Source: Saprospiraceae bacterium
GTDB lineage: Bacteria; Bacteroidota; Bacteroidia; Chitinophagales; Saprospiraceae
NCBI GenBank assembly: GCA_965223405.1
Contig: CBDCWO010000006.1
Span: 2,904,364-2,968,363, forward strand
Length of the DNA: 64,000 bases
Direction: 5' to 3'
Within the stretch, counting starts at the first letter, position 1, and each line of letters opens with the position of its first letter. The position numbers and the translations under genes were made by a program. Under the pieces are notes generated by a model that ran no database searches, had not been told where the DNA came from, and saw only the letters and a program-made list of their open reading frames with translations. Below are positions 1 to 8,275 of the stretch, one piece after another.

Positions 1-222
1 GGTATAACGATAAAGGTCGCCCATTGGTCTGCGAAATTTATTTCGCAGTCTCTAAGAAAACAAATAAACCTGCCAGCGCAGGCTGGTTTGGTTGACCATT
101 GGACTCAAAAAAGTATATATTTTACCCAAATAATCTTTCAAAGGCAGGTTAAACCGCATACGACGATTTCTTTGACATTTTCTCTTTAGAACATCAATAA
201 AAAGTATAGTTGGTACGAAATC

Positions 223-250
223 TTTTCGGAGTAGACTCACTAGTACTAGT
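223..250. repeat. isolated copy of the terminal-inverted-repeat/palindrome motif shared with the 276-bp repeat units (ttttcggagtagactcact + agtactagt)
   Basis: It is identical to the right end of the repeat units at 6497-7046. It lies immediately downstream of the heparinase stop codon. The interior sequence upstream of it does not match the repeat unit. Confidence 0.5.
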
Positions 251-2138
251 CAGCGGATAAACGAACCCGAATCGTGTCGTTGCCAGCTTGCAACCTATGG
301 GGTGGAAATCGAAGCTCAATTCTTTTTAGATTTTTGATGCGCCGGTCCAACTTCAGTGGAGGAGGATCAAGTGAGATTACCGCTATCGAAAGATCAGGGT
401 GAGACAAAACTTCCATTTTTAACTTTTTCCCCTGTTGGGATAAGATAGCTCCTCCTTCTACGGTTTGTACTTCAGCAGTAGTAATCAATTGCCAGGTTAC
501 CGAGCGGGTTTCATCGTTAATCTTTATTTCATCTTCTATCAGTAGTGAAGCCGTACCTTCTTTGACAAATCTACGAGTAGCCTGGGACAATTGGTTCCCA
601 AACACTGGTGAGAGATCAAAGCTAACTTCCGGTTGACTACCGGTTTTAAAATCTAAAATGGTCGCCTGACCGTCTACCTGATGAAGCTCATTATTTACGG
701 TTAGGGTACTGTGTCCAAAATTATTTTTAGTCAATAGGCGCCAGCGCTCACATTCCTGACAGCGTCCCCAAAGTTCAAAGCCGGTTTTTTCCAATTCATG
801 ATAAGGCTGATTGCCGGGATCGATGACCCAACGTACTCCATTCAACTCAAACACAAAAGAGCCCGCATCCATATTCCCATGGTTGACAGATCCCCGACCT
901 CCTTTACAGCCTAAATAGTATTGATTAGAATCATTATGGTCACCTCTGATGATTGCTATCGGATTGGTGCCGGAGCCCTTCCAGGCGAGCGGTAATGCAT
1001 TTGATTTTTTCCCTTCAAATTGCGAAATCCAAACCAATGATGCCCCGGCATGCCGACTGAGTTTTCCCATTTTTTCAGCCGGAATTGAAAATCGGTCAAG
1101 TTCAAAAAACATGGAATTTCCGGTTTTGGTAGCAAACCAGGCTAAGGTCAAGTCCCCATTATTTGCTCGTCGGTCCCCACAGTCAGCAAAATTATAGTAT
1201 CCGCCCGAAGGAGCAACCGTCAATACGCGAAATAAAGCACTTTCCATAAATCCTGGAGACTTGCTGATTCCAAAATCAGTGCCCAACGCACTTTCTAACA
1301 TGGCAATGGTCAGTACCGTAAATCCGGTTCCATAACCCCAGTAAGTGGATCCTTCGGGATAGACACCATCGGGTTCGTATTCGGCCAAAGCATAGGGTAT
1401 TCCCTCGAGCGCCCTGCGGATGGTTTTTACTGCTAATTCCGGATTCTCTTCGGCGATGACCAGAGAAGCGGCAATCATGCCTGCATGGCATACCTGATTC
1501 CAATTGTTGGTACCCTTGATCCACCAGGTATTACCGGTCTCATCATAACTTGGTAGCAATCCTTTCTCGATTAAGGCTTTTTTACCCAATTTGATAGATT
1601 CGTCCGGTAATTGTCCGGCAGTCCAGTCCAACGCCAGGGCAACCGCCAGCGACATCTCGGCCACATCCAGATAATGGGAAGGATTCCAATCCGAAAAGTT
1701 ACATACTGCCAGCAACTCCCGATTGATCCGGTCCAGGACCTTCGGATCCCTTTCCATGCGATAGGTCATTCCGAGAATGTTCATTCGATAGAGCATTTCC
1801 CTGGATGTGGACAACAATCGGCGTCCGATCATTACCCTTTTTAACAAAGGTTGTTTTTGGATTTGCTTGGCATTGTATTGCAGCGCTTGATACAGGTTTT
1901 GCACTACGGTGTCTGATCGTGACTTTTGACGGAGATCGTTTTCCAGTCTTTTGTTTAGGATCAGTCGGGGAGATTCCGGGGTCAGATTTTCTTTTAAATA
2001 TTGAACCGTGACCGGATTTTCAAGCGCATGCTCTTGAGCCTGAATCGGCATCCATAGGATAATTACAAAGAATACTCCAAATATCGATTTGACTAGGAAG
2101 TTATCCATAATTCTAATTTGTCTTGTGGTAATGAACAT
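246..2138 (-). CDS. heparinase II/III family polysaccharide lyase with N-terminal signal peptide. The start is either the ATG at 2138 or the ATG at 2108.
   Basis: 630-aa ORF. The N-terminus is hydrophobic. The conserved central region (DWNPSHYLDVAEMSLAVALALDW, NNWNQVCHAGMIAASLVIAEENPE, GSTYWGYG) is typical of the heparinase II/III-like (alginate lyase superfamily) fold. Confidence 0.75.
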   Translation of the reverse strand: MFITTRQIRIMDNFLVKSIFGVFFVIILWMPIQAQEHALENPVTVQYLKENLTPESPRLILNKRLENDLRQKSRSDTVVQNLYQALQYNAKQIQKQPLLKRVMIGRRLLSTSREMLYRMNILGMTYRMERDPKVLDRINRELLAVCNFSDWNPSHYLDVAEMSLAVALALDWTAGQLPDESIKLGKKALIEKGLLPSYDETGNTWWIKGTNNWNQVCHAGMIAASLVIAEENPELAVKTIRRALEGIPYALAEYEPDGVYPEGSTYWGYGTGFTVLTIAMLESALGTDFGISKSPGFMESALFRVLTVAPSGGYYNFADCGDRRANNGDLTLAWFATKTGNSMFFELDRFSIPAEKMGKLSRHAGASLVWISQFEGKKSNALPLAWKGSGTNPIAIIRGDHNDSNQYYLGCKGGRGSVNHGNMDAGSFVFELNGVRWVIDPGNQPYHELEKTGFELWGRCQECERWRLLTKNNFGHSTLTVNNELHQVDGQATILDFKTGSQPEVSFDLSPVFGNQLSQATRRFVKEGTASLLIEDEIKINDETRSVTWQLITTAEVQTVEGGAILSQQGKKLKMEVLSHPDLSIAVISLDPPPLKLDRRIKNLKRIELRFPPHRLQAGNDTIRVRLSAD

Positions 2139-2394
2139 ATGAATACCGGTATGCTTATCTGTAAATATAAAGAGATCTGGAGGGTGATTACACTTTAGTA
2201 AGTGTTTATTCCCATTTATTTAGTCACCAAAATCGCAAACTTTACCAATAGTTGTATCGAGTTGAATGATTTACTTCTTGATCTAACCCTTGTTGCAGGT
2301 TTAGAAAAAGGGAAATACCAACGTTCCGGGTTCTCAATTAATGAAATAAATTCAATATAAATACTCAGCATAGATCTGGAAGTGATTTAAGAAC

Positions 2395-2560
2395 AAATTG
2401 TTAATTGATTTGCATGCCATTGATTCTCAATACGTCAGCTTTATCTCGATCCATAACTGTGGCTATGAATCTCAAAAAGAGCTTCGTCTTGAAAATCAAG
2501 CGCATACAACTCATTTTAACATCTGTTTTTAAATCACTTCCTGTAAAAAATAAGCATGGA
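2395..2560 (+). other. conserved ~165-bp noncoding element, copy 1 (copy 2 is at 57285-57450). A candidate small RNA or shared regulatory region.
   Basis: Alignable blocks are ttaattgatttgcatgccattgattctcaatacgtcagctttatctcgatcc...tgtggctatgaatc...atctgtttttaaatcacttc vs ttaatttgcttgcaagccattgatccctaatacttcagctttttctcatccc...agctatgaaac...atatgtttttaaatcacttc. Confidence 0.45.
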
Positions 2561-3020
2561 GGATGTCGAAAGGACCTTAAGATTTTTCGTTAAAAAAATC
2601 TTAGAGTCTTGATTTTCTTTGTCTCCGACGCGCCATAGTCGCTCTGGCGACGGAGCGGTTCGTTTCTTGCATCAAGGCAAGAAATGAACGCCGCGCCGGC
2701 GAGGTGTGTCATAATTGACAAATTGTTTAATAATTCCATTATTGTGTTTTAGTTTTTGCTCTATGCTTGTAGTTTACTCGTTCCTTGTTAATCTTTTTTT
2801 CTCCTTCCTTTTTCGGATGACAAATTAACAATTTGTTGTCGTCTAGTCGCTAAGAACATTTGCATATTGCTTTAAGTTCGGATTAGCAACTTGGACGTTC
2901 TGGGTTTTATGTGAAGAATTAAATTCAGTACTTATTATTCATTATTGCACTTTTTGGTTCTAGCTCACCCAGCTTAGTTTTTAAACGACAAAGTCAGTGA
3001 ACACCCAGTCGGACATTGAA

Positions 3021-4193
3021 TCACTTACCACCAATACCCAGATATTTCATCACCATGTCATCACCCTGTAATGCTGTTTCCGGTCTGGGAGTTTGGGTAG
3101 TGAAAATCTGGAGTTTTTCTTTTGGCAGGATAGTCACAAAATCCTCCAGGTATCCTTCCTCGTAAGGGATGCGATTTTTATTCAATCTGAGGTGGTGGGC
3201 CAAAAAATTATAGGCGGCAGTTCTTTTAGAATAACCATAGTCATGTTTTTCTGCTGGTAAATGGACATTTTCGATTTTATGTTCGGCATCGTAAAGAGCA
3301 TAGACCCTGCGAATATAGGGGTATTCGATTCGTGGCGTATTGCGTGTCCAATCGCCACCATTCGAAATCAACATCATCGGTCGCGGCGCACACAAAGCGG
3401 CAATTTCAACATTATTGGTCTGATGGTGGGCACTCTTGTGTACAGGCATTCCACTTTCACAAATGCAACCGCCGAAAAAGTGGGCCGACACTTGTACTAC
3501 CGGAACCGAAACTTTGATGCGGTTGTCAATTGCGGTAAGCATAAAGGTTTGGGTACCTCCTCCCGAACCACCGGTCATACCTATTCTTTCGGGATCGACT
3601 TCAGGTAAAGAAAGCAGATACTCCAATACTCTTTTACTATTCCAGGTCTGCAATAATAGCGCGATCGGCATCCGGTGATTCACCTGATTGGATTCACCAT
3701 ATCCGATCATATCATAAGCGAAGACGATAGCTCCCATCCTGGCAAGTACTGCACTTCGTTTTTGTACATCTTCTCTAAAACGCTTATCACTAAGATGTCC
3801 ATGGGGGCATAGTATCGCGGCATGCCTTCCGTTGACCTCTAGTGGTTTATACAAATTTCCCGTGATATAGAATCCAGGAAAGCTCTCAATCGTTATATTC
3901 TCTACGCTATATCCGTCCTGCTTTTTATAACCTCTGATAATCGGATTAAAGGCCTGGTCAATGATGGGCATTTTATCCAATTGCATACCCTGAATAATGC
4001 CTTGTTTGATTACCTCACGTCTTTTCTCCCAGGATTCCTGATCAGTCCACTTGGAAGCAAATTCTTTCATCTTCAGATTCGCTTCATCTTCGGTCCAGTG
4101 ATAACCCATACATAGTTCAGCATCTTGACTGGATAAACTTAGAGATGTTAAGCACAGAAATATGGAGGTAAATAGTCTCATTGTCAAATTCAT
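3021..4193 (-). CDS. secreted alpha/beta hydrolase (esterase, acetyl-xylan-esterase/dienelactone-hydrolase-like)
   Basis: 390-aa ORF with a signal peptide (MRLFTSIFLCLTSLSLSSQ). It carries a GGSGGG nucleophile-elbow-like motif and alpha/beta-hydrolase-like core segments. It sits between the lyase and the sulfatase. Confidence 0.55.
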   Translation of the reverse strand: MNLTMRLFTSIFLCLTSLSLSSQDAELCMGYHWTEDEANLKMKEFASKWTDQESWEKRREVIKQGIIQGMQLDKMPIIDQAFNPIIRGYKKQDGYSVENITIESFPGFYITGNLYKPLEVNGRHAAILCPHGHLSDKRFREDVQKRSAVLARMGAIVFAYDMIGYGESNQVNHRMPIALLLQTWNSKRVLEYLLSLPEVDPERIGMTGGSGGGTQTFMLTAIDNRIKVSVPVVQVSAHFFGGCICESGMPVHKSAHHQTNNVEIAALCAPRPMMLISNGGDWTRNTPRIEYPYIRRVYALYDAEHKIENVHLPAEKHDYGYSKRTAAYNFLAHHLRLNKNRIPYEEGYLEDFVTILPKEKLQIFTTQTPRPETALQGDDMVMKYLGIGGK

Positions 4194-4220
4194 TTGATGT
4201 TGATTTGGGGATATTCAAAT

Positions 4221-5564
4221 TTACATATTCGCATCAAATTGTTCCATCAAATCAGATAGTTTACGTACGATATCGGGATATTGATCTGCCAGGTTTTCCG
4301 TTTCTTCAATATCCCGATCCAAGTCATATAAAGAAATTGGAAATTTTCCCTGCTTCGGTTCTGACCATCCGATACTCTTTTTCAGGTGAAGTTTCCACTT
4401 TCCTAATCGAATGGCTTCTAAATCTCCATTACGCGCATAATAATAAAAAGGGCGTTCGGCCACTTTCGAGTCATTTGGTTGCATCAGGTAATTACTAATA
4501 TCAATTCCATCATATTTGAGATCAGGGGGAATCTGGGATCCGGAGAATGTGGCCAAAGTGGGTAGCAGATCCAATGTGGTCACCATTTCATTACTTACGG
4601 TACCCGCAGCGATTTTGTTCGGCCAGGTGATGATGCCGGGCACGCGTTGCCCACCTTCCCAAGTTTGCGCTTTTTTCCCCCGCAGTGGTTTTGCAGAACC
4701 CACTTGGGGTCCATTGTCGGAGGTGAAAATGAAAATCGTATTGTCATACAATCCTTCTTGTTTTAATGTTTTGGTAAGTTCTCCGACGCTCCAATCCAAT
4801 TCCATAATGACGTCTCCATACATTCCTTGTTGACTTTTTCCTTTAAAATCCGGCGAGACGTGTAATGGAGTATGAGGCATATTGTGTGCCAGGTAAATGA
4901 AAAATGGGGTTCCTTGATTTTCTTTTATTTGCCGGATGGCTTCCTCAGTATACCTTTTAGTCAAAAATCTTTGATCCGGACCGCTTTCGATTAGTTCCTG
5001 GTTTCGATGTAATGGAAGTGGGGGAGACTGAAATTCATTGTGATTGTAGTAATGATTGTCCATATCATTGGAATAGGGTACTCCGAAATATTCATCGAAC
5101 CCATGATTGTTGGGCATAAATTGGGGCAGATGTCCTAAATGCCATTTTCCAATACAAGAAGTAAAATAGCCGTTATCCCGCAACATTTCTGCCATGGTAT
5201 GGGTTTCCGGAGGAAGTCCATCCTCAGAATATGGAAAGAGCACCGCTTCATGAAGGTTGTGCCGTTTTGGATACAGACCCGTTAGTAACCCGGCTCTGGA
5301 TGGGGTACAAACCGTCGCCGGTACATAAAAGTTTGTAAAACGAATGCCCGCTTGAGCCAGTTGATCTAAATGTGGGGTTGTATATCCTTTGGCCCCGAAG
5401 CATCCCACATCCGCATATCCCTGGTCGTCGGTAAAAAAGATGATGATGTTGGGCTTGCTACCGGCAAAATTGCTTTGATTGGGGCATGCGGAAATAACAA
5501 TAATAAGTATGACACAGCCCAATACTTTTTTGATGTATTTAGAAATTTCGTTCTTCACTTTCAT
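4221..5564 (-). CDS. formylglycine-dependent sulfatase (arylsulfatase family)
   Basis: 447-aa ORF with a signal peptide. It has the canonical C-x-P-S-R formylglycine motif (ATVCTPSRAGLLTG) and metal-binding DDQGY near the N-terminus. Confidence 0.85.
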   Translation of the reverse strand: MKVKNEISKYIKKVLGCVILIIVISACPNQSNFAGSKPNIIIFFTDDQGYADVGCFGAKGYTTPHLDQLAQAGIRFTNFYVPATVCTPSRAGLLTGLYPKRHNLHEAVLFPYSEDGLPPETHTMAEMLRDNGYFTSCIGKWHLGHLPQFMPNNHGFDEYFGVPYSNDMDNHYYNHNEFQSPPLPLHRNQELIESGPDQRFLTKRYTEEAIRQIKENQGTPFFIYLAHNMPHTPLHVSPDFKGKSQQGMYGDVIMELDWSVGELTKTLKQEGLYDNTIFIFTSDNGPQVGSAKPLRGKKAQTWEGGQRVPGIITWPNKIAAGTVSNEMVTTLDLLPTLATFSGSQIPPDLKYDGIDISNYLMQPNDSKVAERPFYYYARNGDLEAIRLGKWKLHLKKSIGWSEPKQGKFPISLYDLDRDIEETENLADQYPDIVRKLSDLMEQFDANM

Positions 5565-5876
5565 GATGACTTAGGTATAAGAGAGGTAAAAGGTAATTAA
5601 AATATTGTTTAAAAGGGAAATTGGAAGCGGTATCATCTGATGATGAAATGACAAAACCTCCGGTCGTCTGAAAAGAATGCAGGGAATAAGATGAGCCTTG
5701 AACGAGTAAACTACAACCACAAACCAAAAAATTACAAAACACAACCAACTTTTGACTATTTGTAGGTAGAAGTAATTGACCAAGTGTCGAATTCGGTATC
5801 GAATTTGCAACAGTAAACTCAACATCCGATGTGACCATCTGAAAACTCAACGTCTAATTATCAAAATTGTCTTGTT

Positions 5877-6479
5877 GTGGAAAATATTCAACTTCTCATT
5901 TCAGAAATTCAAAATAGATTGCAATCCGGATTATCGTCACGATTGACCTATCATCATTTTGATCACACCCTTTCGGTTGTTGCCACATGTAACCAGTACA
6001 TTGCACATTATGGAATTGATAAAAAGCAGGCTCAATTACTACGACTGGCAGCATGGGGGCATGATTTGGGATTTGTCAATACCTATAAAGATCATGAAGT
6101 GGAAAGTGCCAGACTTACGGCTGAGTTGATGTCCAAGTATGGATATGACAAGGATGACATTCAAATAGTGGAATCCCTGATTCTGGCAACCCGCATACCA
6201 CAGTCTCCCAATACATTGCTGGAAAAGATCCTATGTGATTCAGATTTGGATTATCTTGGTAAGGCCAATTATTTTCCCATCAGTAATACACTATACCAAG
6301 AGTTAAAAAGTTATGGTGTAATCCAAGATGAAGACCATTGGTTGGACTTGCAAATCTCCTTTTTAAAAAAGCACCATTATCATACCCTATTTGCCCGAAC
6401 CCATCTTGCTCCTCAGAAAGAACAAGTTTTACAAAAATTACAAAAACAAAAACAGGATTCGTTCAACTCAGCAGCTTAA
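5877..6479 (+). CDS. HD-domain phosphohydrolase
   Basis: 200-aa ORF. The H..HD motif (HHFDHTLSV ... WGHDLGF) is characteristic of the HD superfamily. Confidence 0.7.
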   Translation: MENIQLLISEIQNRLQSGLSSRLTYHHFDHTLSVVATCNQYIAHYGIDKKQAQLLRLAAWGHDLGFVNTYKDHEVESARLTAELMSKYGYDKDDIQIVESLILATRIPQSPNTLLEKILCDSDLDYLGKANYFPISNTLYQELKSYGVIQDEDHWLDLQISFLKKHHYHTLFARTHLAPQKEQVLQKLQKQKQDSFNSAA

Positions 6480-6496
6480 CTAGCTAGCCTAGTAAT

Positions 6497-7046
6497 AGTG
6501 AGTCTACTCTGAAAACTGTCATATAAAAAGAATACTTGAAATAATGCAAAATATTGTATACTCCCCCGCCACCCTAACCCTAAAGGGCCTCCGCCCACAA
6601 ATCCATTCTTTACCCTAGCCCAAAAGGGAATGCAGTCGCGCATTCATTTACAGCAAGTTATGCGGGAGGACTTTCCTTTAGGAGTCGGAGGCGAGCGTGG
6701 GCAAATTCTAAAACCAAATTATATTTACCGAAGGCTTTGATGTTGACTTTTCGGAGTGGACTCACTAGTACTAGTGAGTCTACTCTGAAAACTGTCATAT
6801 AAAAAGAATACTTGAAATAATGCAAAATATTGTATACTCCCCCACCACCCTAACCCTAAAGGGCCTCCGCCCACAAATCCATTCTTTACCCTAGCCCAAA
6901 AGGGAATGCAGTCGCGCATTCATTTACAGCAAGTTATGCGGGAGGACTCTCCTTTAGGAGTTGGAGGCGAGCGTGGGCAAATTCTAAAACCAAATTATAT
7001 TTACCGAAGGCTTTGATGTTGACTTTTCAGAGTAGACTCACTAGTG
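6497..7046. repeat. two tandem copies of a 276-bp noncoding unit, each bounded by ~19-bp terminal inverted repeats. The unit is MITE-like or a structured RNA element.
   Basis: Unit 1 starts at 6497 and unit 2 at 6773 (period 276 bp, ~97% identical). Each unit starts with AGTGAGTCTACTCTGAAAA and ends with TTTTC(G/A)GAGT(G/A)GACTCACT. The junction forms a perfect palindrome gagtggactcactagtactagtgagtctactc. No ORF is present. The interior has paired motifs ccctaaccctaaaggg/ccctagcccaaaaggg. Confidence 0.8.
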
Positions 7047-8091
7047 GTTTAACGTGAATAATGGATAAAAAAACTGTTGTTTTAATTTAAAACATAGGAG
7101 GATATTTAATATATTAACAGTTGAAACACAATTAAATAATATTAAACTCCTCCATATGTTTGATGATAAAATTACAGAAATTTATGTTGCTGTGGATGAC
7201 TTTTATAAAGAATTCTCTCAACAAATTCAATATTTCAGGCTTCAAGACGGTAAAAAATGTACACGCAATAGGAAAAGTAGACTATCAGACTCTGAAATGA
7301 TGACCATATTGATATGCTTTCATCATAGCCATTACACTAATTTCAAGTCATTTTATAATGAAATGGTTAGACGATATTGGATGCACTTGTTTCCTGATCT
7401 TGTTTCCTATGAACGGTTCAACCAAACACAGCAAAAAGTAATAATTCCTCTACTATTATTCCTCAAACAGTATGGATTAGGTTGTAGTAGAGGTATCAAT
7501 TTCATAGATTCTACTACGATTAAGGCATGTCATATTAAGCGAGAAAAACAACATAAAGTAATGAAGGGGTTTGCAGCAAAAAGTAAAGGTACCATGGGTT
7601 GGTTCTATGGTTTCAAGTTGCATTTAGTAATTAATGATATGGGAGAAATTCTGAGTTTTTACCTAACAAAAGCCAATGTAGATGATCGTAACCTACAGGT
7701 AATCACTTCTTTAACTGAAAACATATTTGGAAAACTTTACGGGGACAGAGGCTATATTTCAAAAGCTCTGGCCGACTTTTTATGGAATGATGGTGTACAT
7801 CTAATTTATAAAACACGCAAAAACATGAAAGATCAAAATCTATCAGATATCGATAAAATCCTCTTGAGAAAAAGAGCTCTTATCGAATCGGTCAATGATG
7901 AATTGAAAAATATCTGTTCTATTGAACATTCCAGACATAGAGCCCCTAAAGGGTTTTTTATAAATCTGGTTGCTGGGTTAATAGCATATCAGTTCTTACC
8001 AAAAAAACCTTCTTTGAATATCTCAACTGAAAAAACTGATAATTTACAGCTCCTCCTTACAGCCGCTTAAACATTATTCACGTTGGTTTAA
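7047..8091 (+). mobile_element. IS982-family insertion sequence (distinct from the other two IS copies) with a 12-13-bp terminal IR (AACGTGAATAATG) and a 5-7-bp target-site duplication (TGGTTTA)
   Basis: The left end is ...agTGGTTTA|ACGTGAATAATG and the right end is CATTATTCACGT|TGGTTTAag. It is inserted exactly at the end of the second 276-bp repeat unit. Confidence 0.75.
7156..8070 (+). CDS. IS982-family DDE transposase
   Basis: 304-aa ORF. The N-terminal ..IYVAVDDFYKEF.. and overall length and pattern resemble IS982-type transposases. It is flanked by IRs. Confidence 0.75.
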   Translation: MFDDKITEIYVAVDDFYKEFSQQIQYFRLQDGKKCTRNRKSRLSDSEMMTILICFHHSHYTNFKSFYNEMVRRYWMHLFPDLVSYERFNQTQQKVIIPLLLFLKQYGLGCSRGINFIDSTTIKACHIKREKQHKVMKGFAAKSKGTMGWFYGFKLHLVINDMGEILSFYLTKANVDDRNLQVITSLTENIFGKLYGDRGYISKALADFLWNDGVHLIYKTRKNMKDQNLSDIDKILLRKRALIESVNDELKNICSIEHSRHRAPKGFFINLVAGLIAYQFLPKKPSLNISTEKTDNLQLLLTAA

Positions 8092-8275
8092 GAACAAAAT
8101 AGTAAGAGGTTATAACTCGATCTTTTTCCCAATATCATCGTTGAAAAGCCTCGACGTAACTATGGTTATACCTACGTTTTTCAACTTGATCTTAGAAAAA
8201 ATCTACATCGTTCTAACCTCACATTACTTCGTTCTTAAACCTCTAGCCTTTGACATCATAGGTATACTGTTGGAT

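Noticed and set aside
52-240. 62-aa minus-strand ORF at the window start
   Set aside because: It lies over the TIR/palindrome repeat remnant downstream of the heparinase gene. It has no homology signal and an atypical composition, so it is likely spurious.
6497-7046. Could the tandem repeats be a CRISPR array?
   Set aside because: The units are 276 bp with no short unique spacers between short repeats. The structure is two long near-identical units with TIRs, not a repeat-spacer array. No cas genes are nearby.
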